The notes under the pieces are model-generated. The model searched no databases and was not told where the DNA came from. It worked only from the letters and a program-made list of their open reading frames with translations. 64,000 nucleotides of DNA from contig NC_043025.1 of the NCBI RefSeq assembly GCF_006345805.1, positions 4,092,001-4,156,000 on the forward strand, given 5' to 3'. The stretch is from Octopus sinensis (lineage: Eukaryota). Position numbers and translations under genes: made by a program. How positions within the stretch are numbered: position 1 is the first letter of the stretch; each line of letters opens with the position of its first letter. This document shows, piece by piece, positions 50,396 to 62,771 of this stretch.

Positions 50396-52345
50396 GTACC
50401 AACCAGCATCTCTCTTACATCTTTGCCTGTCTCCTTTTCTTCATTCCTCTGCCTTCTCTCTTCGTCCTTCTCTCATTCTTTCTTTTGGTTTGCTCCTTGT
50501 CTCCTCCTGTAATTACTGGCAATCTTATTTGAAGCCTTCGAATGGATGCTGTGTTAGTATATGGTGGCTGCCCCTTCGTCATCGAGTATGGCCATTGCAC
50601 GAAGCTTAATCAATGTTGTTATCATGCAATGCCTGTGCAAGAAGATTTTTTTTAAAGTGAGGAAAGGCTGTGCACTGAGTCAATCCCACTCACTAAGAAA
50701 CAGCAGCCATAATCTGAAAAGAAGAACAAGTCAACGTCATCGGTAACCACTGAGCTGCAGGTTTTATGTCGGAGTTATCCCAGTTACCTGAGTTACCTTC
50801 TCCTAGAAGGATGCCCTAACAAAGGCTAGAAGTCCTTCACTCCCAATGGTTTACCGCGCGATCGGATATTCAGTCTGATTATTTCTATATCCCCACGCAT
50901 GATACAGCCTTAAGACATTTATTGGATGGACGTTGACTCTCAAGAGTTCCTTCGCCCTTTGACGGGTTTTGTTTTTCATCCCACAGGGTATCCAATAAAC
51001 ACCCTCCTCACCAAGCAAGCTTGGTGGGGTTGCCGGTTTAGTCGCCGACGACCCGACCATGCAACAGGTTGTACTGGGTTACACGTTACCAGTAGCACTC
51101 AAAAGTAACCTGACATAAGTGTGTTTGTATATACACATCTATTATTGGTGCAACTGTTGTTGTGCAGTTTAGAAGTTTGCTTCCCAACCACATGGTCTTA
51201 GTGGTTAGGGTGTTGCGCTCACAATTGTGATGTTGTGGGTTCAATTCCTAGACTGGGCATTGGGTTCTTGAGCAAAGCACTTCATTTCATGTTGCTCTGC
51301 GATCAATTCATCATCTGACATGTGGCACATGGTACACCTGTACAGGTAATTTCAATTTGATGGAAGGGAGTGAGCTTATGTGTACACAAACATAATATTT
51401 GATCACTATAAACAAATCATCTGTGGGGTTGTTCGGCAAGAAATTACCAAACCCTCATATGTTGTCTAATGACAAGAGAGTCCATGATATGTATATATAT
51501 ATGTGTGTGCATATGTATATGTGTGTGTGTGTGTATACATATATGTATACACAGCCACACCCATGTGCAAGTGTGCACCCAGTACAGCTGTAGAAACCCT
51601 GTCAATGTAGACACAGAATCTGGCAGAGCTCTCTTTGTTTCTTCTTGTTGAACCGTCTGACCTATGATGTTAAGAGATGATGATATGTGTGTATTTTAAG
51701 GTGTTTCAATATATGTATGCGTATTTCTGCATATATATGGCCTCTACCTGGGATGTAGCCAGTCGACTTATGCATACCTTTCCTTCTTGGGACACAAAAC
51801 TCCACTTGTGAAGACCTGTTGAGGCAAGTGAAAATCAGAACCAAAATCGAAGTCGATCAACATCAATGGAAATTGCAGCTGTGATACCAGTGCTGGTGGC
51901 ATGTAAGCGAACTATCCGATTGTGGCCGTTGCCAGCGCCGCCCCGACTGGCTCCCGTGCCGGTGGCACGTAAAAACCACCATCTGATCGTGGCCGTTGCC
52001 AGCCTCGTCTGGCCCCCATGCCGGTGGCACGTAAAAAGCACCATCCGACCGTGGTCGTGTGCCAGCCCCGTCTAGCACCTGTGCCGGTGGCACGTAAAAA
52101 GCACCTACTACACTCACGGAGTGGTTGGCATTAGGAAGGGCATCCAGCCGTAGAAACATTGCCAGATCAGACTGGGCCTGGTGCAACCTTCTGGCTTCCC
52201 AGACCCCAGTTGAACCGTCCAACCCATGCCAGCATGGAAAGCGGACGCTAAATGATGATGATGATAAGTGTATACGTGTGTGTGTCTGTGTCCCCCCAAC
52301 TTCTTGTAAACACACCTGTTGTTTTTGTTCTTGTTGTTGTTGCAG

Positions 52346-52471
52346 TTCTCCACCATTACCAAGATGACCGGTTTCAAGCTATCGCGGCCAGGGGAAGAGA
52401 ACACAATGCAGAGATATTTCCTGTTGGGTTTGGTCAAACTAATCCATGCTGACCCCCTCCTTATGTTACAT
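52346..52471 (+). CDS. NF1: Neurofibromin exon (FSTITKM...LVKLIHADPLLMLH)
   Basis: 126 nt, ttgcag/GTATGT, phase 0/0. Contains the VKLIHADP motif. Confidence 0.95.
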
Positions 52472-52648
52472 GTATGTATAATTTATATATACTCTCTATA
52501 TCTAATATATATATAGACAATTTGAGGAAGTTAGATCCACATTAAATATTATATAATCCAAAAGATTCCACCAGTTAATCCCTATCATAAGGAGAAAGCC
52601 TCGATGATTTGTTAGGGATTATTGTAGTAATACATATTATTAATATGT

Positions 52649-53053
52649 AGGAATGGCTGTGTGGTAAGTAGCTTGCTTACCAACCACGTGGTTCCAGGTT
52701 CAGTCCCACTGCACGGCACATTGGGCAAGTGTCTTCTACTATAGCCTTGGGCTGACCAAAACCTTGTGAGTGGATTTGGTAGGCGGAAACTGAAAGAAGC
52801 CCGTCGTATATATGTATATGTATGTATATATATATATATGTTTGTGTGTCTGTGTTTGTCTCCCCAACATCGCTTGACAACCGATGCTGGTGTGCTTATG
52901 TCCCCGTAACTTAGCTGTTCGGCAAAAGAGGCCGATAGAATAAGTACTATGCTTACAAAGAATAAGTCCTGGTGTCGATTTGCTCGATTAAAAAAGGCGG
53001 TGCTCCAGCATGGCCGCAGTCAAATGACTGAAACAGGTAAAAGAGTAAAAGAA
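52649..53053 (+). mobile_element. Intact family A tRNA-derived SINE
   Basis: Same head/microsatellite/tail layout as 46374-46760, in the opposite orientation. Confidence 0.85.
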
Positions 53054-53681
53054 TATTGAAAGAAAATCGAGAAAGATGAATTGTATAACTAATTTATTTG
53101 TATGATATTGAAGATGTTGAAATTAAAAAAAAATAACGATGCAAATAAATTATAAGTTGTGAAGCTCAAAAAAGAAAATGGCGTTTCCCATCTCACATTT
53201 TCTTTTTGAACTTTACAACTTGTAATTTATTTATATTGTTATTTTTTTAAAATTTCAACATTAATATCATACAAATAAACTATTCTTCCATCCTACTCCA
53301 TTTTTTTTTCAATCGGTGGCACGTAAAAAGCACCAATCCGACCGTGGCCATTGCCAGCCTCGCCTGGCACTTGTGTGGGTGGCACGTAAAAAGCACCCAC
53401 TACACTCACGGAGTGGTTGGCGTTAGGAAGGGCATCCAGCTGTAGAAACACTGCCAGATATGACTGGAGCCTGGTGCAGCCTTCTGGCTTCTCAGATCCC
53501 CGGTCGAACTGTCCAACCCATGCTAGCATGGAGAACGGACGTTAAACGATGATGATGATGAGGATATGTAAACAATTATTTCTTAGCCCTAGGACTCATA
53601 AGACCTGCTACCCAGCTTCCATAACATACAAGTGACTGAGATTATAGTGTTTCCCCTGAACTTGAGGGCTTAGTGTCTGTG

Positions 53682-53846
53682 CCCTAGAAATTATAGGCTA
53701 AAGGTCTGTAGCCTAGACACTATAGGCTAGAGGACTGTAATCTAGAAACTATAGCCTTGAGGATTGTAGCCTAGAAACCATGGGCTACAGGATTGCACCC
53801 TAGACACCACAGAGTAGAGGACTGGACCTTAAAAATTATAGGCTAG
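53682..53846. repeat. 29-bp minisatellite, ~5.6 diverged copies
   Basis: Consensus roughly cctagaaactataggctagaggactgtag. Confidence 0.8.
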
Positions 53847-54244
53847 TGCGTTTTTTTTTTTTTTTTCAGCCATTGTCTATGGATCCCTTTGATTCCTATT
53901 TTATTCTACTGGACCTTCTAACCCATTTAGTGTTTTTAAAAAATCCTATTTTATAATTAAATCTTATTAGGAATTGTAATTAAAAAATGTTAAAATATTT
54001 TATGCCTTGTAGAAGTGTAAGCAATTTATTGCAGGGAAATTTTAACGACTCGCAAAGGTGACGAGTACCCTGGTTGAGAATCCCTGGGCTTGAGGATTAC
54101 CCCAGAAATGATAATCTCCCTGCTATTAACGTGACTTGCAGAGAATGTGATGGGGGGGTGATGGTGGTTTGGGGGATGGAGGTGGTGTATGTAGTTTCAT
54201 TATAATTTTTGTTTGTGTCTATCTGCGTCTGTTGCTTGCTGCAG

Positions 54245-54358
54245 AACCCAGACAAACCAGGGCATGAAGTCCAAAACAGCACGTCAGAGCTGATAAATGG
54301 TTTAGTGTCCCTTGTCCATGTCCAACAAATGCCGGAAATTGCACAAGAAGCGATGGAG
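54245..54358 (+). CDS. NF1: Neurofibromin exon (NPDKPGHEVQNSTSELINGLVSLVHVQQMPEIAQEAME)
   Basis: 114 nt, ctgcag/GTAAGT, phase 0/0. MPEIAQEAME is identical to human. Confidence 0.97.
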
Positions 54359-54440
54359 GTAAGTGGCACCAAGAATTTTGTTTGCTCATCATTCACCCTT
54401 TAGCTTTCAGATTCCTCTGTCAAATGTAAAGCCTGTTTAA

Positions 54441-54662
54441 CCCTTTCGTTACTGTATTTCTATTGAGATGTTCTGTGTTTCTTTCAATTAATTTTAAATA
54501 TAACAAAGAATTTAGTAAAATAACTTAGTTATCATTCAGCTAGTGTTAGGAACATAAATTGTGACTAAGGTTTGGTGGAAGATTTTAATTCAAAACTTAT
54601 GAAAACAAGACATTTGTTACTCAGAGCGAGAGGCGGTTTTGGCTGGTTTGGTAATGAAAGGG
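54441..54662. mobile_element. piggyBac-type MITE (second family)
   Basis: TTAA-CCCTTTC...GAAAGGG-TTAA. Inverted relatives at 62300-62519 and 62551-62771. Confidence 0.8.
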
Positions 54663-55568
54663 TTAATCACATTGTTTTAAATTAATTGTACAGCATCTTG
54701 TAACTCTGAGATTTTGATGGTGTCCCTGTTTATTTTTAGAATGACTTTGTAGGGTAGGTGTGAGAGGTCAGAGCTGGCTGGTTTGAGCATAAAACAGGAA
54801 GACAATTTTGGCCTGGTATGGTCGGTTTAAACACTAAAGGGTTAATATTCATTAGTTGTTGTTGATGATGATGGTGATGATGATGTTGCTGTCATCATCA
54901 CCAGTCTTAGCTTTTGATTCCTCTCTCACACAAATGGCCTCTACATCAGGCCAGCAGCAAGACATATCTAGTCTTCCTGATTTCGATGTGGTCGCCAGCA
55001 TCTTCCCAGGGGATTCTAAATTGCTTCTGATCTAAATATGGTACCCCATATCTTGCATCTCCTTCTCTTTCTTCATCCCTCTGGTGGAAACCCATTCATA
55101 TAACCACATCAAAATCAAAATCAAAATCAAAATCGATCAACATCAATGGAAATTGTAGCTGTGATACCAGTGCCGGTGTCACATAAGAGAACCATCCGAA
55201 CGTGGCCGTTGCCAGCGCCGCCCCGGCTGGCCTCCGTGCCGGTGGCACGTAAAAAGCACCATCCGATCATGGCCGTTTGCCAGCCTCGTCTGGCACGTAA
55301 AAAGCACCCACTACACTCATGGAGTGGTTGGCGTTAGGAAGGGCATCCAGCCGTAGAAACACTGCCAGATCAGACTGAGCCTGGTGCAGCCTTCTGGCTT
55401 CCCAGACCCCAGTTGAACTGTCCAACCCATGCCAGCATGGAAAGCGGACACTAAACGATGATGATGATGACTGGCATCTTCCCTGGTGATTCTAAATTGC
55501 ACTGATGGTGGCATACCATGTCTTTTTGTGGTTTTCCTTTCTTCCTTCATCCCTCTGTGGGTCCCGTT

Positions 55569-57038
55569 CTATAGCTGCTGTTTTGAGTATTTTCTCTTCT
55601 CATAGTCTCCTGCATCTTGCCAGGTGATGCTAAGGAGGGTTGGTCATAACTGGTATGTTTTTAATCCTAAGTCTGTGCTCTTGCAGCTGAACTGGGACTT
55701 GTTAACGACAACCAGCACTAATTACACTAGTGCCTCTACTGAGTGAATGTGGTAGATGAAAACTGTGTGGAAGCCTGTCATATATGTGTGTGTGTGTGTG
55801 TGTGAGACCCCATCCTTTTATTGTTTGACAACTGATGTTGGTTTGTTTACATTCCCATAACTGCAGTTCTGCAAAAGAAACTAATAGAATGAGTACTAGA
55901 CTTTCAAAAAGTGAGTGCTGAGGTCGATCTGTTTGACTAAACTCTTCCAAGCATTGCTCCAGCATGGTCACAGTCCAATGACTGAAATATATACAAGACA
56001 GATGAAATGGGATAGGTGTCCAACTAAAGCACTCTTTGTTTATATGACAATAATGATTGACGATCACGTGATTGATGACTTACTGTAGTTTGTTTATGAT
56101 TGACTGAATTCCTTCTCTGTTTTTCAGGCTCTGCTACGGTTACATCAGCCAGAAATTATAGCGTTGTGGAATCCTGAAGCACCAATAAACACATTTTGGA
56201 AAATAAGGTAAGAATATGTCCCAAACCTTGGATTCTATCATATTTTTATAATTAAATATTAGGAATTGTATAAAAAAAAATTATGAAAATATTTGTCGAT
56301 TATAGAAATGTATCTGATTTTTTTCACATAATTTATATGAAATAAAATTTTATATGAACCCCCAGGGGCCATATGGGCCCCAGTTGAGAACCACCAGTCT
56401 GCACTATCTCTTCTCCTTTCCCAATTGCCACAAAGCCTCAATTCTACCCCTCCCCTCTGTTGAAGGTTTTGTCTTGGAAGCATTTGGTATCCACACCAGT
56501 GCTGGTGCCACAGAAATAAAAAGCACCTAGTACAGTCTGTAAAGTGGTTGGCATTAGGAAAGGCATTCAACTATAAAAGCCATGTCAGAGTAGACATTGG
56601 AGCTTGGGGCAGTCCTTTTGCTCATCAGTTCCTGCCAAACTATCCAATCCATGTGAGAATGGCAAAAGGGACATTGATAATATGTGTGTGTGTGTGTGTA
56701 TCTGTCTGTCTGTCTCTATAGTTTTGCAACTGCAAGGAAAGTGTTTAACTCAAAGTAAACCGCTGTACTTGGCTCTTGTTGACCTGCAGAAAGTCTTTGA
56801 CTTTATTCCTCATCTGGTGGTTGCTGTGAAAGCTACTTCCACACAGTTTTCATCTACCACATTCACTCAGTAGAGGCACTAGTGTAATTAGTGCTGGTTG
56901 TCGTTAACAAGTCCCAGTTCAGCTGCAAGAGCACAGACTTAGGATTAAAAACATACCAGTTATGACCAACCCTCCTTAGCATCACCTGGCAAGATGCAGG
57001 AGACTGAGAAGAGAAAATACTCAAAACAGCAGCTATAG
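55569..57038. repeat. Inverted repeat pair (55569-55773 and 56836-57038) flanking an NF1 exon
   Basis: The reverse complement of the right arm equals the left arm except for a 2-nt indel, by eye. Confidence 0.95.
56128..56207 (+). CDS. NF1: Neurofibromin exon (ALLRLHQPEIIALWNPEAPINTFWKI-S)
   Basis: 80 nt, tttcag/GTAAGA, phase 0/2. Contains the LWNP.AP..TFW motif. Not in the ORF track. Confidence 0.96.
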
Positions 57039-57245
57039 AGTGGCTACTGAGAGCCGTTCAAGCCCTGTACCGGGATGCTGTTAGCAAAGTGACGGTTAAT
57101 GTGTACAGCACTGAATTTAGTGTGCGAGTAGGAGTTCATCAGAGTTTAGCTACCAGTCCCCACTTATTTATCATAGTCCTTGAGGTCATAATGGAAGAAT
57201 TTAAGACCAGTTGCCCATGAGATCTCCTCTGTGCTGATGACCTTC
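56722..57245 (+). mobile_element. RTE reverse transcriptase fragment interrupted by a ~200-bp insertion
   Basis: KPLYLALVDLQKVFD (56720-56830), then EWLLRAVQALY...VGVHQ...SPHLFIIVLE...LLCADDL (57039-57245). Confidence 0.8.
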
Positions 57246-58106
57246 AATGACGATGGAATGCATTATAACGTGTCAAGTGCTTTATTCTTGATTCCTCTAA
57301 GATGTATTTTGTAAAATGTGGACATGAAGAAAACATCTCGCTTCTGGCACTTACACATTCACTGGAAATTCTTAAGCTTTCCAACTGAACATATGGAATG
57401 TCTTTTTCTGACCTGTTAATATACAGTTTGGTCTTAACAAAGATCTTCCATTTTATGTTGTAAGGCTGTGTAACTAATTTGGTAACTTTTGAATATTCAG
57501 TTCTGCTTCTCTTCTTTTACCAGGTCTCTGTGTGTATGTGTGTGCGTATGCATACACTAGCAATTCTCAGCCAAAGCTCCCAAGGATATACATGCGACCC
57601 TCAGGCATTCTTCAGGCAGCTTTCAACAGTTTTCCCTCTCATCATCATCATTAATTAACATCTGTTTTCTATGCTGGCATGGGTTGAATGGTTTGACTGA
57701 AAACTAAGCAAGCTGGGCAGCTGCAGCAGGTTCCAATCTGATCTGGCAAGGCTTCTACAGCTGGATGCCCTTTCTAATGCCAACCACTCCTAGAGTGTAA
57801 TGGGTGCTTTTTACGTGTCACTGGCGCAGGTGCCAGTTATGTGACACTGGCATTGGCCACAACTGTGATCCCACTTGGCTTGACAGGTCTTCTCAAGCAT
57901 GGTACATTGCCACGGGTTTAATGAGTTTTTCCAGGTTTTGGATCTGGCCTGGATATTAAAAAGGTTGAGAAGCATAGGTATGAACACACACACACACACA
58001 CACACACATCTGAGCCACAAAGGTAGTGAGTTTATGGTGTTGGGCTTCTCTGATCACTACCACCACGACCACCACTACTGATGTTTTCTTTTTTTTATTG
58101 TTGCAG

Positions 58107-58320
58107 CTCTCAAGTGTTAACGTCCGTCTCTCAGAAGCTGATCCAGAACCAGCTGAATCCAAACCCTCCAGGTGCGCCGCCAATGGCCAACAACACCGAA
58201 ATCCTCAAATGGCTCCATGAGATCCTCATCTGTCGCAACAGTTTCCTCCAAAAGCACAGCATCAATGCCAATCTCGGCAGCAACATCACCATCTGTACAG
58301 ACTCTCACATCGTTCTAGAG
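58107..58320 (+). CDS. NF1: Neurofibromin exon (S-SQVLTSVSQKLIQ...EILKWLHEILICRNSFL...HIVLE)
   Basis: 214 nt, ttgcag/GTAAAC, phase 2/0. Contains the EILKWL.EILICRN motif. Confidence 0.96.
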
Positions 58321-58344
58321 GTAAACCATCTTAGCTTCATCTGC

Positions 58345-58690
58345 ATTCCTCTTCCTCTTTTCTTCTCTTCTTCCCTCTTCTCTTTCTCATCCTCTTCCTC
58401 TCTGCCACCTCTTCCTACTCCTCTGCCCCTCCCCTCCCCCACCTTCACTTTTGTCCCTTATACCTGCTCCTCCCCCTCCCTCATCCCCTTCTCTTCCTCT
58501 TTGCCACCTCTTCCTACTCCTCTGCCCCCCCACCTTAATTTTTGTCCCTTATACCTGCTCCTCCCTCTTCCTCTTCTCATCCTCTTCCTCTTCATCCTCT
58601 TCCTCTCTGCCACCTCTTCCTACTCCTCTGCCCCCTCCCCCACTTTCACTTTTGTCCCTTATACCTGCTCCTGCTCCTCCTCCTCCTTCC
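58345..58690. repeat. Pyrimidine-rich ~100-bp tandem repeat (3 copies)
   Basis: ctctgccacctcttcctactcctctgcccc...ttttgtcccttatacctgctcc occurs three times just after the donor at 58321. Confidence 0.85.
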
Positions 58691-59216
58691 TTTTCTGTTT
58701 TGATAGTTATAGACTTATTGTGGGAGTTGTAAGACGTTGTTATCATTTGGAAGGCTGTGAGCTGGTGGGATTGTTAGCATGCAGGACTGCACAAAACACT
58801 ACCAGGCATCTTGTCCATCTCTGCATCCTGCACTCGAATTCCAAAACTGACTTTGCTTCTCATGCTTCCAGGGTCAATGAAACAAGTACCCTTTGAACAT
58901 AGCAGATGTAATCAGCTATCTCACCCCACGACATTTCAGGCCCTTGTCCCTATAAAAGGAAGGTTAATTATTAAAAGCAGCGAGCTGCCAGGGTCATTGG
59001 CGTACTACTTTCTGGATTTGAATTCCTCTTAGCTCAACTTTGCCTTTCATCCTTTTGGGGTCGATTAAATAAGTACCAGTTGCACACTGGGGTCGATGTA
59101 ATCAACTAGTCCCCTCCCTCAAATTTCAGGCCTTGTACCTATAATAAAAAGGATGATGATGATGATGATGATGATGATCATCATCATCATCATCATCATT
59201 ATTATTATTATTATTA

Positions 59217-59509
59217 TCTCTCTATATATAAACGGCAGTTTGTCTGTCTGTGTGTCTGTCAGGTTGTACCTTCACCCTGACCACGGCTTTCAACCGATTC
59301 TGATGAAACTTGACACACAAATAGCCCAATGTCATAATTCAAAACTGACGCAGCGAAAATTTTGTAAAGTTCCCCCAGTTCTGAAAAAATCGATAAATTC
59401 AACATGGGGTCGAGAATCTAAGCTTTTTATATGCAACGCATTTTCTGTCTAGGGGACACAACTCGACCTTTTTATCGCCCAAAGGGACAGCTAGGAACTA
59501 TGCTGCTAG
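59217..59509 (+). mobile_element. Non-autonomous Helitron-like element in an (ATT)n tract
   Basis: A|TCTCTCTATATATAAA...GCTGCTAG|T. Same terminal signature as 1447-1730. Confidence 0.5.
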
Positions 59510-59911
59510 TTATTATTATTTATGGTTTCCTTTAATTATAATTTTATTTCAGCTGCCTTAATACTAAGCATCCCCCGGAGGCCAAAGTAACAAGAGCACA
59601 TTTTGTTTTGTTATGCATGCTAAAATTATCACCACATTTATTCCATTTTAGATGGAGAATGCTTTTTTTATTATTATTATTATTATTATTATGTTTTTTC
59701 CTTCTTTCTTCAAATTTTCTTCCGTTTCTCGCCGAGTGTGTTCCATACACCTAGGACAGAGAAGCTCATTGTATGCATTCCCAGATTACACACGCAAATT
59801 CACAGATAAAATATGTATTTAAAAATAAATAAATTCATGGATGGATGTTATTTTCACAGCGATAGTGCTCTTCTCAGTACATGAGCTGTTCCAGTTAATT
59901 ATTATAATTAT

Positions 59912-60458
59912 TATTATTATTATTGAGTGAGAGAGCAGTACATGCCATCAAAGTGACACTGGGGTAAAATATACGAAGCCCAGTATACCCATCAGGACTA
60001 CCCATCTGATAAGGGTACACCAGGCACATGCATCACAACCATATGTGCGCAACATGGTGATCTCATATCAAGATAAACAGCACATGACCTTGCAGGTGGG
60101 GCCCAGCTAGAATTTTATTCAGGTTGAGTAACCCATCCCACTCAAAAGGTCCCTGAATAAGGGTTGTTTAAGGATGTTGAACGAAACACCCATGTTTCCA
60201 GAGGTGAATTATTCAAACCCCAAAGAATCCATCTCAACACATGGCAATGATGCTCCCCCACTACTTCTGCTCGTGATCAGAGATGCACATATAGTCAGCC
60301 ACCAAAGGACATGCTCGACTGGTTAAGGTCAAACAACTGACAAGCAAATCTGTGGTATTGAGCAGAATATTTGCTGTAGCCCATCTTTTATACCAAGACA
60401 AAAACAATGTACATGATAACACTTCCAATCAGTTAAGATCAGGAGCCATGAGAGCCAC

Positions 60459-60490
<32 letters not shown>
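59912..60490 (-). mobile_element. Interspersed repeat bounded by (ATT)n tracts, probable LINE 3' UTR or SINE
   Basis: A ~540-bp more GC-rich block between ATT microsatellites with no ORF. Family not identified. Confidence 0.4.
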
Positions 60491-60491
<1 letters not shown>

Positions 60492-60552
60492 CATTATCAT
60501 CAATACTATTAAAGTTGTATAATATTATTAATTCCGTGTGTGTCTTTTCCAG

Positions 60553-60739
60553 GAGGTGTTCTTCATGTATCTGTGGAGTATTGATGTCAACGCTGTACTC
60601 ACTGCCATGTCCTGTTTTCATTTGCTGTGTGAGGAAGCTGACATCCGGTGCGGGGCCGATGAGGTGGCCGTCACTCAAATACTCCCTAACTACAACGTCT
60701 ACTCGGACCTGGCTGCTGCCAGCATGACCCTCACCACAG
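60553..60739 (+). CDS. NF1: Neurofibromin exon (EVFFMYLWSIDVNAVLTAMSCFHLLCEEADIRCGADEV...MTLTT-G)
   Basis: 187 nt, ttccag/GTGAT, phase 0/1. LCEEADIRCG is identical to human. Confidence 0.96.
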
Positions 60740-60997
60740 GTGATGTATCCCTTGTCTAGTAGTGGTGGTGGTGGTGGTGGTGGTGGGGATGCTGGTGATG
60801 GCATGGGTGTTCATGGGTGGTGGTGGTGATGGTGTATGCGTCAATGCGTGACAGTGGTGGTAATGGTAATGGTGTTGACGGTAGGGATGATAATGGTGGT
60901 GGTGATGTTGGTAATGATAATGGTAGTAATGGTGAAGGTGGCAATGCTGTATGCATTGTAAATGTGGTGGTGGTGGTGGTAATGGTAGTGATGATGA

Positions 60998-61410
60998 GGC
61001 GGCGAGCTGGCAGAAACGTTAGCACGCCGGGCGGAATGCGTAGCTGTATTTCGTCTGCGTTACGTTGTGAGTTCAAATTCCGCCAAGGTCGACTTTGCCT
61101 TTCATCCTTTCAGGGTTGATTAAATAAGTACCAGTTACGCCCTGGGGTTGATGTAATCAACTTAATTCGTTTGTCTGTCCTTGTTTATCCTCTCTGTGTT
61201 TAGCCCCTTGTGGGTAGTAAAGAAATAGGTATTTCGCCTGCCGTTACGTTCTGAGTTCAAATTCCGCCGAGGTTGACTTTGCCTTTCATCCTTTCAGGGT
61301 TGATTAAATAAGTACCAGTTACACTCTGGGGTCGATGTAATCGACTTAATCCGTTTGTCTGTCCTTGTTTGTCCTCTCTATGTTTAGCCCCTTTGGGTAG
61401 TAAAGAAATA
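60998..61410 (+). mobile_element. Family C SINE, head-body-body dimer with 14-bp TSD
   Basis: GGTAGTGATGATGA occurs on both sides (60984-60997 and 61411-61424). Same duplicated body as 9793-10205. Confidence 0.85.
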
Positions 61411-61624
61411 GGTAGTGATGATGATGGTGGTGGTGGTAGCAGTAGTGGTGGTGCGTGCATTGTTACATTGATGGTGGAGTGTCTATTGTAGAATTGATGT
61501 AACAGTGAGTGAAGTGGCAGTGGTGGTGGTGATTTATGTCTGCGTTGCGGAGGTGCATGTGTGGTTGGTCAGTGGTGGAGGTGGTGGTGTCACTCTCAAC
61601 TCACCTCCGATTCCCTCTCTTCAG

Positions 61625-61698
61625 GTCGAGCTTTACTACAGAAGAAAATAATGGGATTATTACGGAAGATCGATCATCCAACACCAGGGAATACGCAG
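61625..61698 (+). CDS. NF1: Neurofibromin exon (G-RALLQKKIMGLLRKIDHPTPGNTQ)
   Basis: 74 nt, cttcag/GTGAGT, phase 1/0. Matches GRAALQKRVMALLRRIEHPTAGNTE. Confidence 0.96.
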
Positions 61699-62299
61699 GT
61701 GAGTTATCTCCCCTTACTCTCTACCCCCCTCTCCTCCCTCACCTCCCGGCCTTAGGATGCTAAACACAAAATAAACCACAAAGGTCAGATGTTGGCCTTT
61801 GACCCTGTGACCCTAGATTGGGCTGGCTGGGGTCAGTAATTTCGAATATGAGAACTGGCTTGGACTTTGTTGAACTCTCTAACCCTTGAGGATGGAAAAT
61901 GATGTTCATTATACATACATGCATATATGTACACACACACACACACATCATCATCAGCAGCAGCAGCAGCATCATCAAGCATCTGTTTTCCATGCTGGCA
62001 TGGGTTGGACACTTTCACTGGAACTGGTAACTGGAGGGCTGCACTGGGCTCCATTCTCATTTAGCGGCATGCGTGCCTCTTATGTATCACTAGTTTGGGT
62101 GCCTTTTGTGCGTCACCTTCATTGGTTCCTTTTATGTGTCACTGGCACAGGTGCCATTCACATGTCACCAGTTCTGGTCATAACTACAATTTCATTTAGC
62201 TTGACATGTCTTCCCAAGCACAGCACATCATCAAAAGTCTTAGTCACTTGTCATTGCCCCCTTCCCCCAACACACACACACACACGATGATATTTTTAA

Positions 62300-62771
62300 C
62301 CCTTTTGTTACTAACCCGGCTGAAACCGTCTCTGGCTGTAAGTACAGATGTCTTGTTTTCAAGAGTTTTGAATTAAAATCTACCACCAAACCTTAGTCAC
62401 AATTTATGTTCCTAACACCAGCTTAATGGTAACTAAGTTATTTTACTAAATTCTTTGTTATATTTAAAGTAATTGAAAGAAACACAGAGCATCTCAGCAG
62501 AAATATTGTAACAAAATGGTTAAGATATATAATAGAGAAATAATTCTTAACCTTTTTGATACCAACCTGGCTGAAGCCGGCTCTGGTTCCTTAGTACAAA
62601 TGTCTTGTTTTCAAAAGTTCTGAATTAAAATCTTCCACCAAACCTTAGTCACAATTTATGTTCCTAAAACCAGCTTAATGATAACGAAGTTATTTTACTA
62701 AATTCTTTGTTATATTTAAAGTAATTGAAAGAAACACAGAGCATCTCAACAGAAATATTGTAACAAAAGGG
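62300..62771. mobile_element. Two adjacent piggyBac-type MITE copies
   Basis: Each ~220 bp and TTAA-flanked, highly similar to each other and to 54441-54662 (reverse). Confidence 0.8.

Noticed and set aside
50700-50742. Extra NF1 micro-exon (aaacag...GTAACC)
   Set aside because: There is a stop in the required phase-0 frame, and the flanking exons 50395 and 52346 already join in frame.
58321-58896. 271-aa ORF 58081-58896 as a full protein
   Set aside because: Only 58107-58320 is NF1. The rest is read-through into a pyrimidine-rich intronic repeat past a good GT donor.
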